64,000 nucleotides of DNA from Octopus vulgaris (lineage: Eukaryota): the NCBI GenBank assembly GCA_951406725.2, contig OX597822.1, positions 42,532,001 through 42,596,000 on the forward strand. Direction: 5' to 3'. A program made the position numbers and the translations under genes. The notes beneath the pieces are model-generated. The model had not been told where the DNA came from, did no database searches, and saw only the letters and a program-made list of their open reading frames with translations. Position 1 is the stretch's first letter. Every line of letters starts with the position of its first letter. Of this stretch, positions 38,629 to 52,700 are shown piece by piece.

Positions 38629-41600
38629 ACACATATAGGAGAGTATTGTAGTTTGCTTGAAGAATTGTGTATTGTTTGTAAAATATAACCTGTCTTGAAT
38701 GGCTCAGCAATGCAGAGTGGACTATAATAACTGTTGTAATTTAATTATCCATAGTCTGATATAATATTTCGGAATACAAAAATTCCTCCCTCAGATATCA
38801 CTAGGAATTGATTGAGTCACTGCTATAATTGGTTTTCAGTAACCGTTGGAAAACTGATTATAGCAGTGACTCGATCAATTCCTAGCAATATCTGAAGAAG
38901 GAATTTTTGTATTCCAAAATATTACATCAGACTATGGATAATTAAAGTACAACAGTTATTATAGTCTACTCTGCATTGTTGAGCCATTCAAGACGGGTTA
39001 TATTTTATTATATTATATATATATATATACATACACATATATATATTTGGTGGTTGTCTACTCCTTATGCAGAGTTTGACCACCTGTACCTACACCTTAG
39101 AACCATCATGGCATCTGATGTGGCTTTTTAAACCAGACAATGTTTTGAAAAGAGACCCACATAGATTGCATATCCGATTTGGACCACCAAGAGCTGCAGT
39201 TAAGTTCTGATCTTTGTGGATCTTAAAATGTCTTTTGAGGCCTCCGTTAGATTTGCAGAGCTGGCATACATGGCACTGAAAGGTGTGCACAGACATACAG
39301 GCAGAATATACAGCCAAATATTTAAGCAGCTATGCATATCACATACACAACCCTTCATAAACAAGATACACAGAGATAATGTTAAGATGCCCAGATTGCA
39401 ATCACTTTCTATAGGGGTGCTTCCTAATGAAGTAATCATCATTTACCAGGATCTGGTAAGCTGCTAGGGCTGCACTGAAGGTTATTGCTAGTTTTGACAT
39501 GGTTTCTACAGCTGGATGTCCTTCATAATGCTGACCAGGTGCTTTATTGATATCAATGGTAACTGCCTTGATTGTAGACACCACAATGACAGCTTATCAC
39601 AAAGAATGACTGGCTAATATGTATACATGTTATTTTTGTAAGCAACAAAGTGCACCTATGCTGCTATGAAGCTAGAATCAAAAAACAAAACAAATAAACC
39701 AAAAAAAAAAACCCACCAACAAAAAGCATAGCATGCAGCTTAAGCAGAAAGCCAACAAAATTTTATAGACAGCTCCACTGCAGAATCAAAGTACTGTTCC
39801 TGCAATAAACCCAACATTGAACAACAGAGAGAAAGAGATACAAAGAGAGAAATATAAATAGTTAGTAGAATGAGTGAAGGACACAGCAGAATGGATAATT
39901 CTGTATCGAACTTGATAAAAGATGGCAAAAAAGAGAACCTCACAGGCCCCTTAGGGGGAACAGTGTACGCTGTTTGTGTATGCAATCAGCTGTGATGAAT
40001 CGAAATAGATATGCAAAAACACTAGCAATTATATCAGATGTAAGATATGTTGATGAATGTATATAATATAGATTGGTACGTCACCTTATCTAATGCTTAA
40101 TTTAGTATTCATATAGAGAAAGGAAACAAGAAAATATTTATTTCTTTATTGCCCACAGGGGGTTAAACATAGAGGGGACAAACAAGGACAGACAAAGAGA
40201 TTAAGTCAATTACATCGACCCCAGGGTGTAACTGGTACTTATTTAATTGACCCCCGAAACGATGAAAGGCAAAGTCGACCATGGCGGAATTTGAACTCAG
40301 GACATAACGGTAGACAAAATACCGCTAAGCATTTCGCCTGGCATGCTAACAGTTCTGCCAGCTTGCCACCCAAGAAAATATTAAAGTGGTGAGGAAGGTT
40401 TACTGCAGATGACAACTTGGACTCTTTCTACCATCAAACATCACATGTCAGCAATCCAATATCTGTGCCTGCACTGTTGTTAGGCCTTGACCGTCTGGTG
40501 TGTAACACACTAATCATATATCAGGCAGAGACAGTATATCCACTACAGCATGAACATTTTCCTTATCTACGAAGGACTATATCTATGGTGTAAAGAGACT
40601 TCTGGTGATTTGCTGTGCTTGAAAAGACATGTCAAGCTAAGTGGACGATGGTCATTGCCAGTGCCATGTAAGATACACCCAGTTCATTCTGTAAAGTGGT
40701 TGGTGCTAGGAAAGGTATCCAGCCATAGAAACCAAGACAAATGGATGACTGGAACCTGGTGCAGCTCTCCAGCTTACCAGTTCCAGTCAAACCATCTAAC
40801 CTATGCCAGCATGGAAAGCAGATGCTAAACGATGATAATGATATATAAGATCATCCTTTAATGTTCGTTTTCCATGCCTACATGGAACAGATGAGATTTG
40901 CTGAGACAGATTTTCTATGGCTAGATGCTCTTTCTGTTGTCAACCCTCACCTGTTTCCAAGCAGGGTAATATTTCCCACATGGCCAGACATATTTTTCAT
41001 GGAAGACTGGAAACTAACAACAGGCTCGTTTATAGCCATCACATGATGTCAAGACAAGTGTATACACAAGCATACACACACAATATAATTATATTAATTA
41101 CTGGCAACAACACAGTATTTCATTTTGCAACCATAATATACTATAGTATATTAAAGGTTTACAAGTCAATATCATGTCCTACTTCTTGTGTTAGCAGTGG
41201 AATATTTTCAGTTTTATGTGATAAACTATAGATTTTCTACAGATTTCAGAGTCAGCACTTTAAGTTATGATGTTTTGTATACCATATGCTCATACACACA
41301 CAGTAGGCTTCTTTCAGTTCTGTCAACCAAATCCACTCACAAGGCTTTAGTCAACTTGGGGCTATAGTTGCTGAAGGTGCCATGCAGTGGAACTGGACCT
41401 GCAAGAATGTGACTGGGAAGCAAATTTGTTGAATATTGGTTTCAAATATTGGCACAAGGCCAGTAATTTTAAGGGAGAGATTAAGTTGATGACATTGACC
41501 CCAGTGTTTCATTGGTACTTATTTTATCAACCCCGAAAGGATGAAAGTCGACCTCAGGAGAATTTGAACTCAGAATGTAAAGATGGATGAAATGCCACAA

Positions 41601-44600
41601 AACATTTTACCTGGAATGGTAATGATTCTGCCTGTTCCCCTGACTTAACTGGCACTCTGTTGGTTACAGCGACGAGCGTTCCAGTTAATCCAATCAACAG
41701 AACAGCTTGCTAGTGAAATTAACGGGCAAGTGGCTGAGCACTCCACAGACACGCATACTCTTAATGTAGTTCTCAGGGAGATTCAGCAAGACACAGAATG
41801 TGATAAAGTTGGCCTTTTGGAGTACAAGTATAACTCATTTTTGCTAGCTAAGTGGACTGGAATAATGTGAAATAAAGTGTCTTGCTCAAGGACACAACAT
41901 GCTGCCTTATGATTGCCTTCACTCACTGCCTTAAACTTGATATTGATGGAAAAAATAATACAGAAGGCAAAGTATAATTTTTAGTTGAATTTTCAATGAG
42001 TGTACATTGTCATTGCCTCTGTCAAATGCATCATATAACCCTGTTTTAGATCCCAGTCAGAACAAAGGTCTTGATGCCTGGGGGAAAAAAATAAAAGCGG
42101 TAAACGTATCAATTAGACAACGGATCAAGTTGAGTGGAATGGAGGGTGAAACATTGCTGTAGGACTCAATACTCAACACACAGAAGCCAGGTTCGGGAGT
42201 TCAATACCTTGTGCTAAGCAGAAAGGCCTGAAGCATGAGGCCAGGTATTTTCTAGGGAGAAACCGTCAAATAATATCAATCCCAATAACCTGACTGCAAT
42301 TTAATTTTAACAACATGGAAAGGATGAAAGGCAAAGACATCTTCAAAGCACTTGATATAAACAAAAACACTCAAATGGTTTTGCCAATCTAATAATCATA
42401 ATAATAAGAATACTCAGAGAGCACAAACCTCTGCCAAGGCAACACCAACATCCTCTCAACAATTAGCCAGAGATGATCTTCAAAATGAGAATATCTGAAA
42501 TAAACTCGACTGCTCTCACAAACAAGAATACTAAAAATGAACCCAACCGCTCTCAAAAGTTAATTAAAAAAACAGGAAAAACAATCCAGAATCCTTGTAG
42601 TTTTGGCCTACACCCTCTCTAAACCTACCTTCCATCAGTGTCGTGTTTGTTTCAATTCCAGTAATACACATTTTAGACTTTTCTTTGAACTATCTATAAA
42701 GAGTCTCCATTCACTAGGATCATACTGTTCAACACCCATCACGTTTAACAGTCCCTCAAATTACTCCAAAACAAGTCTCAAACTTAGGTCAGCAGAAAAA
42801 AGTTAGAATTTGTTGGTCAGTGTAATGTAACACACCCAAGATGTGGTTGCTGACCCATTTAGGTGTGACGCAAAATAAGAACTGGTTCTGTTTGTAATGA
42901 TATGTCCAACCCATAACAGCAGTAAAAAGCTGACCCAAATGATGATGATGATAATGACAAAGTTATGATTTGAGGGAGATTTTAATGTTAATCCTAGCTG
43001 GTCATGGATGGATGATGGGTGGGAAGTCAACCAGGTTAAGTGGTCAGACCAGGCAGATTCTTTGTAGGTCAGTCAACAGATGCTTGGGTAGGTAGCTGTA
43101 AGGCATAGTGGTTAAGGTGTTGGACTCAGGATTGTGGTTTCAATTCCTGGACAGGGCAACACATTGTACTCTTGAGCAAAACACTTCATTTCACATGGCT
43201 CCAGTCCACTCAGTGTGGCTTAGTGGTTAGGGTCTTGTATTCATGATTGTAAGATTGTGATTTCAATTCCTGGACAGGGCAACACATAGTGTTCTTGAGC
43301 AAAACACTTCATTCCACTTTACTCCTATCCAATCAGTGTGGCTTAGTGGTTAGGGTGTTAGACTCATGATTGTAAGATTGTGATTTCGATTCCTAGACCG
43401 GATGATGTGTTGTGTTCTTGAGCAAAACACTTCATTTCACATGGCTCCAGTCCACTCGGCTGGTAAAAAAAGGAGTAATGCTACAATGGACTGGCATCCT
43501 GTCCAAGAAAGAATATATAAAACACCAGAGAGACTAGGAAACTGGCCTTAATTCCTTCCAGAGTAATGTCCAGTAACCATATAACCATGTAGAGGTTCTC
43601 TTATTGATTTACCGTTTCTTCCTTATAACTGAAGTGTTGTCCATTGATAGTTTTGCATTTGTTGACTGACAGAAGTATAGGGATAACTTTGCTCAGGGTT
43701 TGTGAAGTAATGAGTGGATAAGAGATGAAATCTCCCCCTGGATAGGTAGAAATACTAGTCTATCACAGATAATTAATGTGGAGTAAAGAGTGACTAAAAT
43801 ACCTAAGGCGGATATACATGGACTGAAAATGAATGAACTGGGTTGATATTTCAGTATCCGTATCTCCTTGACATAGATGGATGGGTGAGAAGCCAGTAGG
43901 GTAAATGGTCAGATGGAGTAGGCAGATTCTTTGTAGGTCAGTCGATAGATACTTGGGTAGGGAGTTGTTTGAGTGATAAGCAAATGGATGGTCACGTAGG
44001 CTAATGGAAGGATGTTGAGAAATATATCATTTTAAGAGCCAAACACCCTCTTCTTCTCTTGGAATCAAGGAACAGGTATAATAGCAGATCTGACTAGGAA
44101 AGACAGGGGTCATCAGGTAAGACAAACTAGAAGGTACTTGTGGTTCACCACCCTGATAATTTGATGATGGCTGTGAGGGACTTAAAAGGATTCAAAATTT
44201 TGGCTAAATATCCCATTGGTTCTATAATCACTAATTCATTTTTGTTGATGATGACTAAGAACATCACATGGGAGAAGACGACAAGGTGGAGTGTCCATCT
44301 GTGGCCAATCAGTCCAATGCATGCTCATCAGAAGGTCAAATATTGATGGTCTGTCAGGACTGAAGGCAAGGAGCTGGCTCTGGACTTGTGTTTTCTTTGT
44401 ACCTCTGCATTCCCGTTCTGTTTGTAGGAGGTGGTACCTCTGTTGGTGCAGTTTCTCCAGGAAAAGCAGTCTTTTGCTTGTGTTTCCCAAGTGTTGGGCA
44501 AACTGTTTGTTAAATATTAAGATGGCAACAGAGAGGTGAAAGATATATGTAGTTGAGACATGTCTCAGAAGGAAGACTGTCCTAAATCACACTATGGATT

Positions 44601-47600
44601 ATCAAAGTGCAGACTATGTGTTTAGGTCACAAATGGGTGCAGTGAATATGACGTTGTAGATGCAGTGCAGAGCAGAGTGTGCACGAAAGTGGTTTACAAC
44701 AACAAAGATAGAAGTTTTGAGTGCATGTCACAGAATATGCATAGATGAATAAGGGATGAGTGGTAGGAGACCAGAATGAGTGACATGTACATGATAAATG
44801 AGTGCAATATGGAGTAGAGTGTGGGAGTGGAGTGATGAATAAAAAAGGTGAAACTCTCAGCACCTTCACTCACTGTCGCCGCTGAATGAAGGTGGTAAGA
44901 GTGAGTGAAACATTGAGTAGAGATGAAAGGAGGAAAATTTGAAATTAATAAGGATAATTCATAAACACCATCAAAATAAATCCACCTTGTGAGTGGCCCT
45001 CATAAAAGAGCAGCTCTTCACTAAAGAAGGGCAGCCTTTTATCTAGTAACAAATATGAAGGGTTTGCAAGCAAAATCACAGCCCCTCTGTAGAGTCAGAA
45101 GTTTTTATTTTTTTTAAAAGAAGTGGAAGGGAGGGGATAATGTCTGAGATTGATAGTTGTTGTTATGACATGTGGATGTGTGTATGCGTGTTGATGTGCA
45201 CGTGTGTGCATATGTGGGTGAACATTGTATGTGTGTTTGTGGGGGAGTCGATATGGATGTGTGGACACGTGTGTGTGTGTGTGTGTGTGTGTGCATCCAT
45301 GTACAATGTGTACATGCATGTGTTAGTGTGCAGACACAGCAACATGTACACAGTTGTGTAGTAATGTATATATACTGTGTATATAGTAAGGATGAGGAGG
45401 AGGAAGAGGACAACAGAAAGAGAGAGAGAGAGTATGTGTGTGTGTGTGTGTGTGCAGTAGGAGAGTGGGGAGGGAGAGAGATGACAAAATACACACTTGC
45501 CTACTATGGAGGGTTGGTTACCCTCTTTCCTGGATGTGGGTGAACGGTGAGTAAAAAGCAAATATATAATAATAATGATAATAATAATAATAATAATAAT
45601 AGAAATAATAATAATAAAAAAGCAGTAGACAATAAATCTGAAATTATACATATGATGATAATTAACTAATTAGCAGTGTAGTAATGGGTGTATAGTTTAC
45701 ATTCACAGCACATATATATATACATATACACACAGATACAGGAGTTCATGCACACATACATGCATAGACTCTGTTGTGGGTCGGCTTACACACAAATACA
45801 TGATCATGTTTGTTGGCTTGGCCATTATAAAAATGTTGCCGAGAAAGTGTCCCCCTCTGAGGAAGAAAAAAAAAAGAGGAATGTATAGAGCCTGTGTAAG
45901 GGTGGGAGTGAAAGTGGGAGGGTCAATAATAACAGTGGATGGAAGAAGTGAGTCGTTTCTACCTGTAAGTCAATCAGTGAAAGCTTGAGGACACAAAAGT
46001 TGTGGATACACAAAAATTGCTGTGGTTTAACAACTATTTGGTTGTAACAGGGAAAGGGCACCTGGTTGTAACAGGGGAATGGCACCTGGTAGTAACAGGG
46101 GAACGGCACCTGGTCGTAACAGGGGAACAGCACCTGGTCGTAACAGGGAAACGGCACCTGGTAGTAACAGGGGAAACGACACCTGGTAGTAACAGGGGAA
46201 TGGCACCTGGTCGTAACAGGAGAACGGCACCTGGTAGTAACAGGGGAACGGCACCTGGTGCTAACAGAGAGTGGCACCTGGTTGTAAGAATTGTAAACTA
46301 TTTGGTTGAAAGAAGAATGGCTTTGTGTGAAGAAGATAAATATGGCCACTTTCTAACAGTGTGTAGGAGGTACTATTTCATGGTGAAGTATCTGTTGTTA
46401 GGAAACAATGTTTTAGATGTAAAAGATAAACAGAGTAGTTAACAGTTTGAGAAAACTGAATCAGTAATGAAGGACTGTTTCAAAGGTAAATGACGAGACT
46501 CATGGGTGTAAAACATTCAGTGAACTTTTACACTGGTTGATAAGACTATACAAGGTATATGCTAGATATGTAGTTGTATAGAGAAGAGAAACAGATGGTG
46601 AGTGTATGTAGAGGACTACATGTGGTGTGGTATGGTAGTGAAACAGGGATAGTGAAAAGATTAGTTTCAGACTTTAGAACAAAGCCAGCAATTTTGCGGG
46701 GACAGAGTAAGTGAATGACATTGACCCCAGTGTTCAACTGGTACTTATTTTGTTGACCCTGAATAGATGAAAGGCAAAGATGACCTCAGCAGAATTTGAA
46801 TTCAGAACGTAAAGATGGACAAAATGTGTGTGTGTACATATATATTTATACAGGGAGAGAGAGAGAAAAAGAGAATAAAAATACATGACGAGAGAGAGCA
46901 ACTATATGACGAAAGAGAGTAAATATATGACAAGAGAGAGTAAATATATGATGAGAGAGAGTAAATATATGATGAGAGAGAGAGACAGAAAGGACTATGT
47001 GATGAGTGATAATAGTGAAACATAGATTATATATAAAAGAAGGAAATGACTAGTCAAGAGAGTATGCAATGTTGACTCACAAGAAAATTTATTGATGAGT
47101 CTCAAAAATAATACCTGATGAGTCCGTGTTTTTTTATATGAACAGGTGACTAACTGCATGGTATATAACAAGTGAGGGGGGGGGGGACTCGGAAGCTATT
47201 TTTAGTAGTGATAAACCAAAGAAGAACTGCAATGACATGTTCATAGCTATCTTAGAAACTGGTGTCTCAAAGGTGATGCAATGGAAAACGGGACTGTGTT
47301 ATGAATCTGTCCAATGCAGAAAAGCATATGTGAGATATATTATGAAATACATATAGTGTGTGTGTGTGTGTTAAAATATATTTTATATAGTGCAAGCATT
47401 ATCTGATATAGAACTCAATACATCCAGTAGAGTGGACAGGCAGTAGTGAGTTGCCCAACTTGAGGCAAAACTCAAAGTAGACTGTCAACCTTTTATATAA
47501 TACAATACATAGTCATTGCATACCTACATGCATATACAAGTGTGCGTGTGTGTTTTGCATGATATTTAAAATACTTTTTCCTTTAGACATAGTTATGATT

Positions 47601-49660
47601 GAATAATTTTTGATTTCTTGTTGCATTCTCAATGAGAAATACTGAAGATATGCATAAATATATATACAGGCTTATACATACCCTTATATCATCATCATTT
47701 AACGTCAGTTTTCCAAGCTGGCATGGACTTAGACAGTTTGACAGGAGCTGGGAAGCTAGAGAGCTGTCCAGGCTCCAACTGTCTGTTTTGGCATGGTTTC
47801 TATGGTTCGATGCCCTTCCTAATGCCAACCACTTTACAGAGTGCACTGGGTACTTTTCATGAGGCACCATAAGAAAGTATCCGTGCTATATATATATAAC
47901 CAAACATACATGCGTGCACACACACACCCACTAACTCATATGTACACACAGGCCATACACATACATGCTACAAAAACATGCATATATCTATAAAATATAT
48001 ACACATGTAACATAGATCATATGAATGGATCTCTGATTTTGATGATTACCTGATTGATTGCTCAGTCCAAAGGAACTGCTACTTGATTGTGTAAGTGGTA
48101 GAGTATTCCATAGCCACATGTGCCATTAAAGTAACAATCAAGTGGAAAATTAGTATAACTGTATGTAAATAGTTGCGAATCATTGATACAATGGCTGGGC
48201 CGCAAATCACCAGGACAGTTTCTATCTGCCCAATTTTATGTAAAAGGTTTACAATCCCCTGATGCTATGGCAGATAACACTTACCCAAGGTGCCATATGG
48301 TGGGATTGAACCGGACACTTTAGCATTGGGAAGTGATCTTAACTACAACCACACAGCCATGCACCCATATGAATAGAATAAACAAAAACAAAGAAAATAC
48401 AACCCCTACATGCAAAACATACATATTATAGGCACAGTATGAGTGCATGTGTGTATGTATGTATGCATGCATGTGTATATACACATGAATATATAGTGTA
48501 ATGCACTTGAAAAAAAAAAATCTGCAATGAACTTGCCATGACAAGATGAAAATCAATGAGTCACAGCAGAGTTTTACATCATTTAAGGATGTAAAACTCT
48601 GCTGTCTTCCATTAATTCCTTATCTTTTACCCTGAAGAAGAATTGGGTACAAAATGTTGGATTTTCTCCTCCTCACAGCAAGTTTACCGTACTCGTTTTA
48701 ATGACTGCACTACATAATGTAAGTCTTGCCAACACAAAACACCAACCTTATATAATATTTTAACATCCAATTTTTTCCATGCTCAAACAAGCCATACAAT
48801 TACTTGAAGTAGATTGTAAATTTTCTATGGCTGGACACTCTACCTGTTGCCGATCCTCATGTTTTTCCCAAGAGAGGTATTATTTCCCCCATGGGCAAAT
48901 ATGCTTTTCACGGCTGATTGGAAATGAATCATGCTATGTCAAGACAATGGGACACACCACACACACATGACAGGCTTCTTTCAGTTTCTAAGGGGAACAT
49001 AAATAAGGTCCTGCTTCTGTCATTGCACGCACACACACACACGCTGTACATGCATGATATATACACACATCACACACTATTTATTAAAGAATCAGTTTTC
49101 ATTTACAAACAAAAAGAAAGAAAATAATAAACTGTTTCCATTGAGCTTGTTGGTAGTGTAGGTGTGTATATGAGATGTACACTACATAGGTATCGGTGAC
49201 GTGTACAGTACTTCTAGGTGTATGTTCTTAGTGTGTATTCACCGGAGATTCTGGACAAAAAAGGAAAGTGATGAGTTGCCATGCCCTAAGGGCAACTTCA
49301 ATGGAGCATATGTTAGATCTATTGGATTGGAGTGGATTGCCAATATGTTCCATTGTCTGTAGGACGAATGGCTCAGCATGTTCTCTCCACCAACTGCAGT
49401 TTGATGTGAAGGCTGTGAATTTGAACTCGAGATCATACTGGTTTGATAAGCCTATTCTGTCCCAACGGCTTGATAGAAGGGAAAAGTTTTTTTATACTCT
49501 TACCCAGGAGTAGTTAAGTCAATTACATCCCCCCACCTCAGTATTCAACTAGTACTTATTCTATCAACCCTGAAAGGATGAAAGGCAAAGTCAATCTTGG
49601 AATACTGCTAAGCATTTTGCCCAGTGCCCTAACACATCTGCCAGCTTGCCACCTTTAGAT

Positions 49661-49711
<51 letters not shown>

Positions 49712-52700
49712 TTATGTACACACACACACACATACATACATACTTATGTGTGTGCACATGTGTGTTAGATATATTAAAAATATAAAATCACCAATTTGTC
49801 CAGCATAGACACAGAGATATAGGCTGGCAGTCTATCACCATATGAAAGGCCATATGGACACATAAAAAAAAAAGATTAAGATGTATATTTAATACTTTTA
49901 TATTTAAAAAAAAATCACCATTAGCAGTGACTAAAGAATCATTTACAAACAATAACTTATTTCAAAGAAAATTAGAATGTAATAGAGTAAGTCCTACTTT
50001 TATCATTGGTTTTATGGCTGGACACCCTTCCCTATGTCAACCCTTTTAGCTTCCTCTTATAACAGACATGGGAACAGTGTATCTTGTCTAAAATCAGAGA
50101 TACACAAAACAAACTAAAGATATACCACCTGATTTAACTCACTTTTTAGCAGTAGTGTAATAGTCAATACAGCTATAGAATTACACATATTGACAAAGAA
50201 CAAGTCTATCATCAATAAATATAACAATCACTTTAATAGCAATAATGTAAAAGTTAGTTATAGCTGCATGGAAAGCATCGCAATTAAATTATTTCACTGT
50301 AACAGAAAATAGCAGAACAAGGAACACACTGAACCAATCAACAAAAATTCAATTTCAGCAACATCATGGCATATCCACTTAATGACAAATGCCCCCAAAA
50401 CACCTTAGCATATAAAGCTAAAGGTACATCCTCAGATGGTACCAAAGTACTATATAGGGCTAATAGAGAACAGATAAAAAAAAAATGGCCATAGCAACCT
50501 TCTTATTACTTAAGATATAGAGAACATATATTCCATCTCTCAAATCCAGTACATCTGGAAAGTGAGAATAGAGATGACATCATTCCATAATTTAGTCCAT
50601 AGTTGAAACTGCAAAAGCCATATTTTAACAAACCCTTCCCCACATAAAAAAAAATATATATATATATAATGTAATATTCTGTTGCAACTTGTCAAAATGT
50701 TATATGATAAAATAAGAGTTGGTCTCAAAATGCAGACATAACAGATATTTATGAAAGACTTGACAAACTACCACCCACACAGGCCAAGAGGATCACCAAA
50801 ACAACAACCTATACAGACATAGCAGTAATTCCTCCATCAGGCATTGTCCACCAATAACTATATTAACCCTTTCGTTACCGTATTTATTTTGAGGTGCTCT
50901 GTGTTTCTTTCAATTAATTTGAAATATAACAAAGAATTTAGTAAAATAGCTTAGTTATCATTAAGCTAGTGTTAGCAACATAAATTGTGACTAAGGTTTG
51001 GTGGAAGATTTTAATTCAAAACTTATGAAAACAAGACATTTGTACTCGAGATCCAGAGGCAGTTTCAGCCGGGTTAAGGAGAAAAACAAAAGATAAATCA
51101 TTTCTATACAGAACTCCTCTCAACTATTAAACAAAGCGCCATGTATTCCATTGAAATAGCCCCAACTTTTTGTTCCTTTGTCTCATTTCAAAGCCCTGAC
51201 TTCTTCATTCATCTCTTTGTTGCTTGAAATAAATGGACAGAGATGAGATACTGAGAGGATGGATGAACTGAATTTTCAGCTTAAACCAAATAAACTATCA
51301 CATGTATTGAGTACATTTTCTTCTGTTTGCTTGTCTAAACACACACACATCTCTCTATCTATCTACCTCAATCTCTATATCTATTGATCTAATCTATCTA
51401 CACGAGAGAGGCATACACATCTAATATGTATATATATAAAAATATCATATGCACATCACATATAGTTCTCTACATGAAAAGAGAAAGGGGGAGAGAGAGA
51501 AAGATATAGAGAGATGGAAAGAGACAATACACGAAGCAGTGTGTTTGGTCAAAGGACCTCTACAAGGCAGAAGAAAGAGCAGAATCAGGGGCCACACTAC
51601 AACTACGTTATATAGATTAGTTATAAGCCAGAACGAGCCAGGACTGACCACGTGCATGCAAGTTATGGGATGGGGTGGGATAGATTGAAATACCACTGTT
51701 GCCTTGACAACGGTGATGGTAGCATGTTTGAAGTTGGAAGAGGTGGGAGTAATGGCCAGACTGGCTCAGAGAATTAGTCAGAATTAAATATAAAGAACAT
51801 ATGTATATAAGTATTTATATGTGTATATATATGTGTATATTACATTGGTTTCAGATGTTCATCATCAACGTCATCATCATCATCACCGGAGGGTGAATTC
51901 TCTGAAAATATTACAACAGGAGCAATAAATTGTCAACAAAGTTGTGGGCAGCAGACCAGAGGGTGGAGGGCATTGTTTTGAAATGTCCACCTCTGAAGTA
52001 TGCTCACCCTTCGTAATAATCACACTTAAGCAGTAGCCGCACTCAAGGAAAGCCACTCTTATCTGAACACTCCATCATACAGTCATTAATCAACATGGTT
52101 GGAGAGCTTAGACAGATGATTAGGTTAATTCCAGTGTTTGTCTTGTCTTTGTTTATTTCACTGACCCCGGAAATATGAAAAACAAAGTACGCCTCGATGG
52201 GATTCAAACTTGGAACGCTGAAGCTTAAAATGAAAGACAAAGGAATAATTTATTACAGAGTGTTACAGTTAGTGCTATGCCCTCTCACCTTGACCACAAT
52301 CTGTAATGAAATGAGAGGAGTTGATTGTGAGAGAGAATTGAGTTAATGTATTGGGATTTGCTAATCATCTTCAATATTGCCTCCACACTGATGTGACTTG
52401 GAAGAAGAATCTGTAATGCAGCAGGATTTTCATATGTGTTGAACAGATTATTTAATCTGTGATGATATCCCACATCATCTTCACCCCTAATTGCATAAAC
52501 AATGCAATACCAAACACACGGCAATACACCACCTGATGGGTAACATGTTTTTATAGTTATATGCCCATAATAACAAAGCTGTCTCACAGTTGTATTGAAT
52601 GTAATGAAGCACTTAAAACATTGTCATTTAATTCTCGCATACATTTGTTTTTTTAGTAATTGGTTGGGTCTAAAGGAAGGGCAGTGCCCATGACCTCCAC

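Noticed and set aside
44354-44502. Phase-compatible alternative last exon of ANKRD28 ([11 protein letters not shown]...CLQS*)
   Set aside because: Another frame reads as an RTE-BovB ORF C-terminus, so this is a LINE remnant
45095-45651. Several overlapping ORFs rich in His/Thr/Cys/Val/Ile
   Set aside because: Artefacts of (TG)n, (GA)n and (AAT)n microsatellites
45825-46442. Repetitive ORFs (HLVVTGE / PCYYQVPF)
   Set aside because: Translations of the 24-bp minisatellite with internal frameshifts and no splice support
47114-47150. Hammerhead-like CTGATGAGTCC
   Set aside because: No matching GGAC-GAAA half downstream
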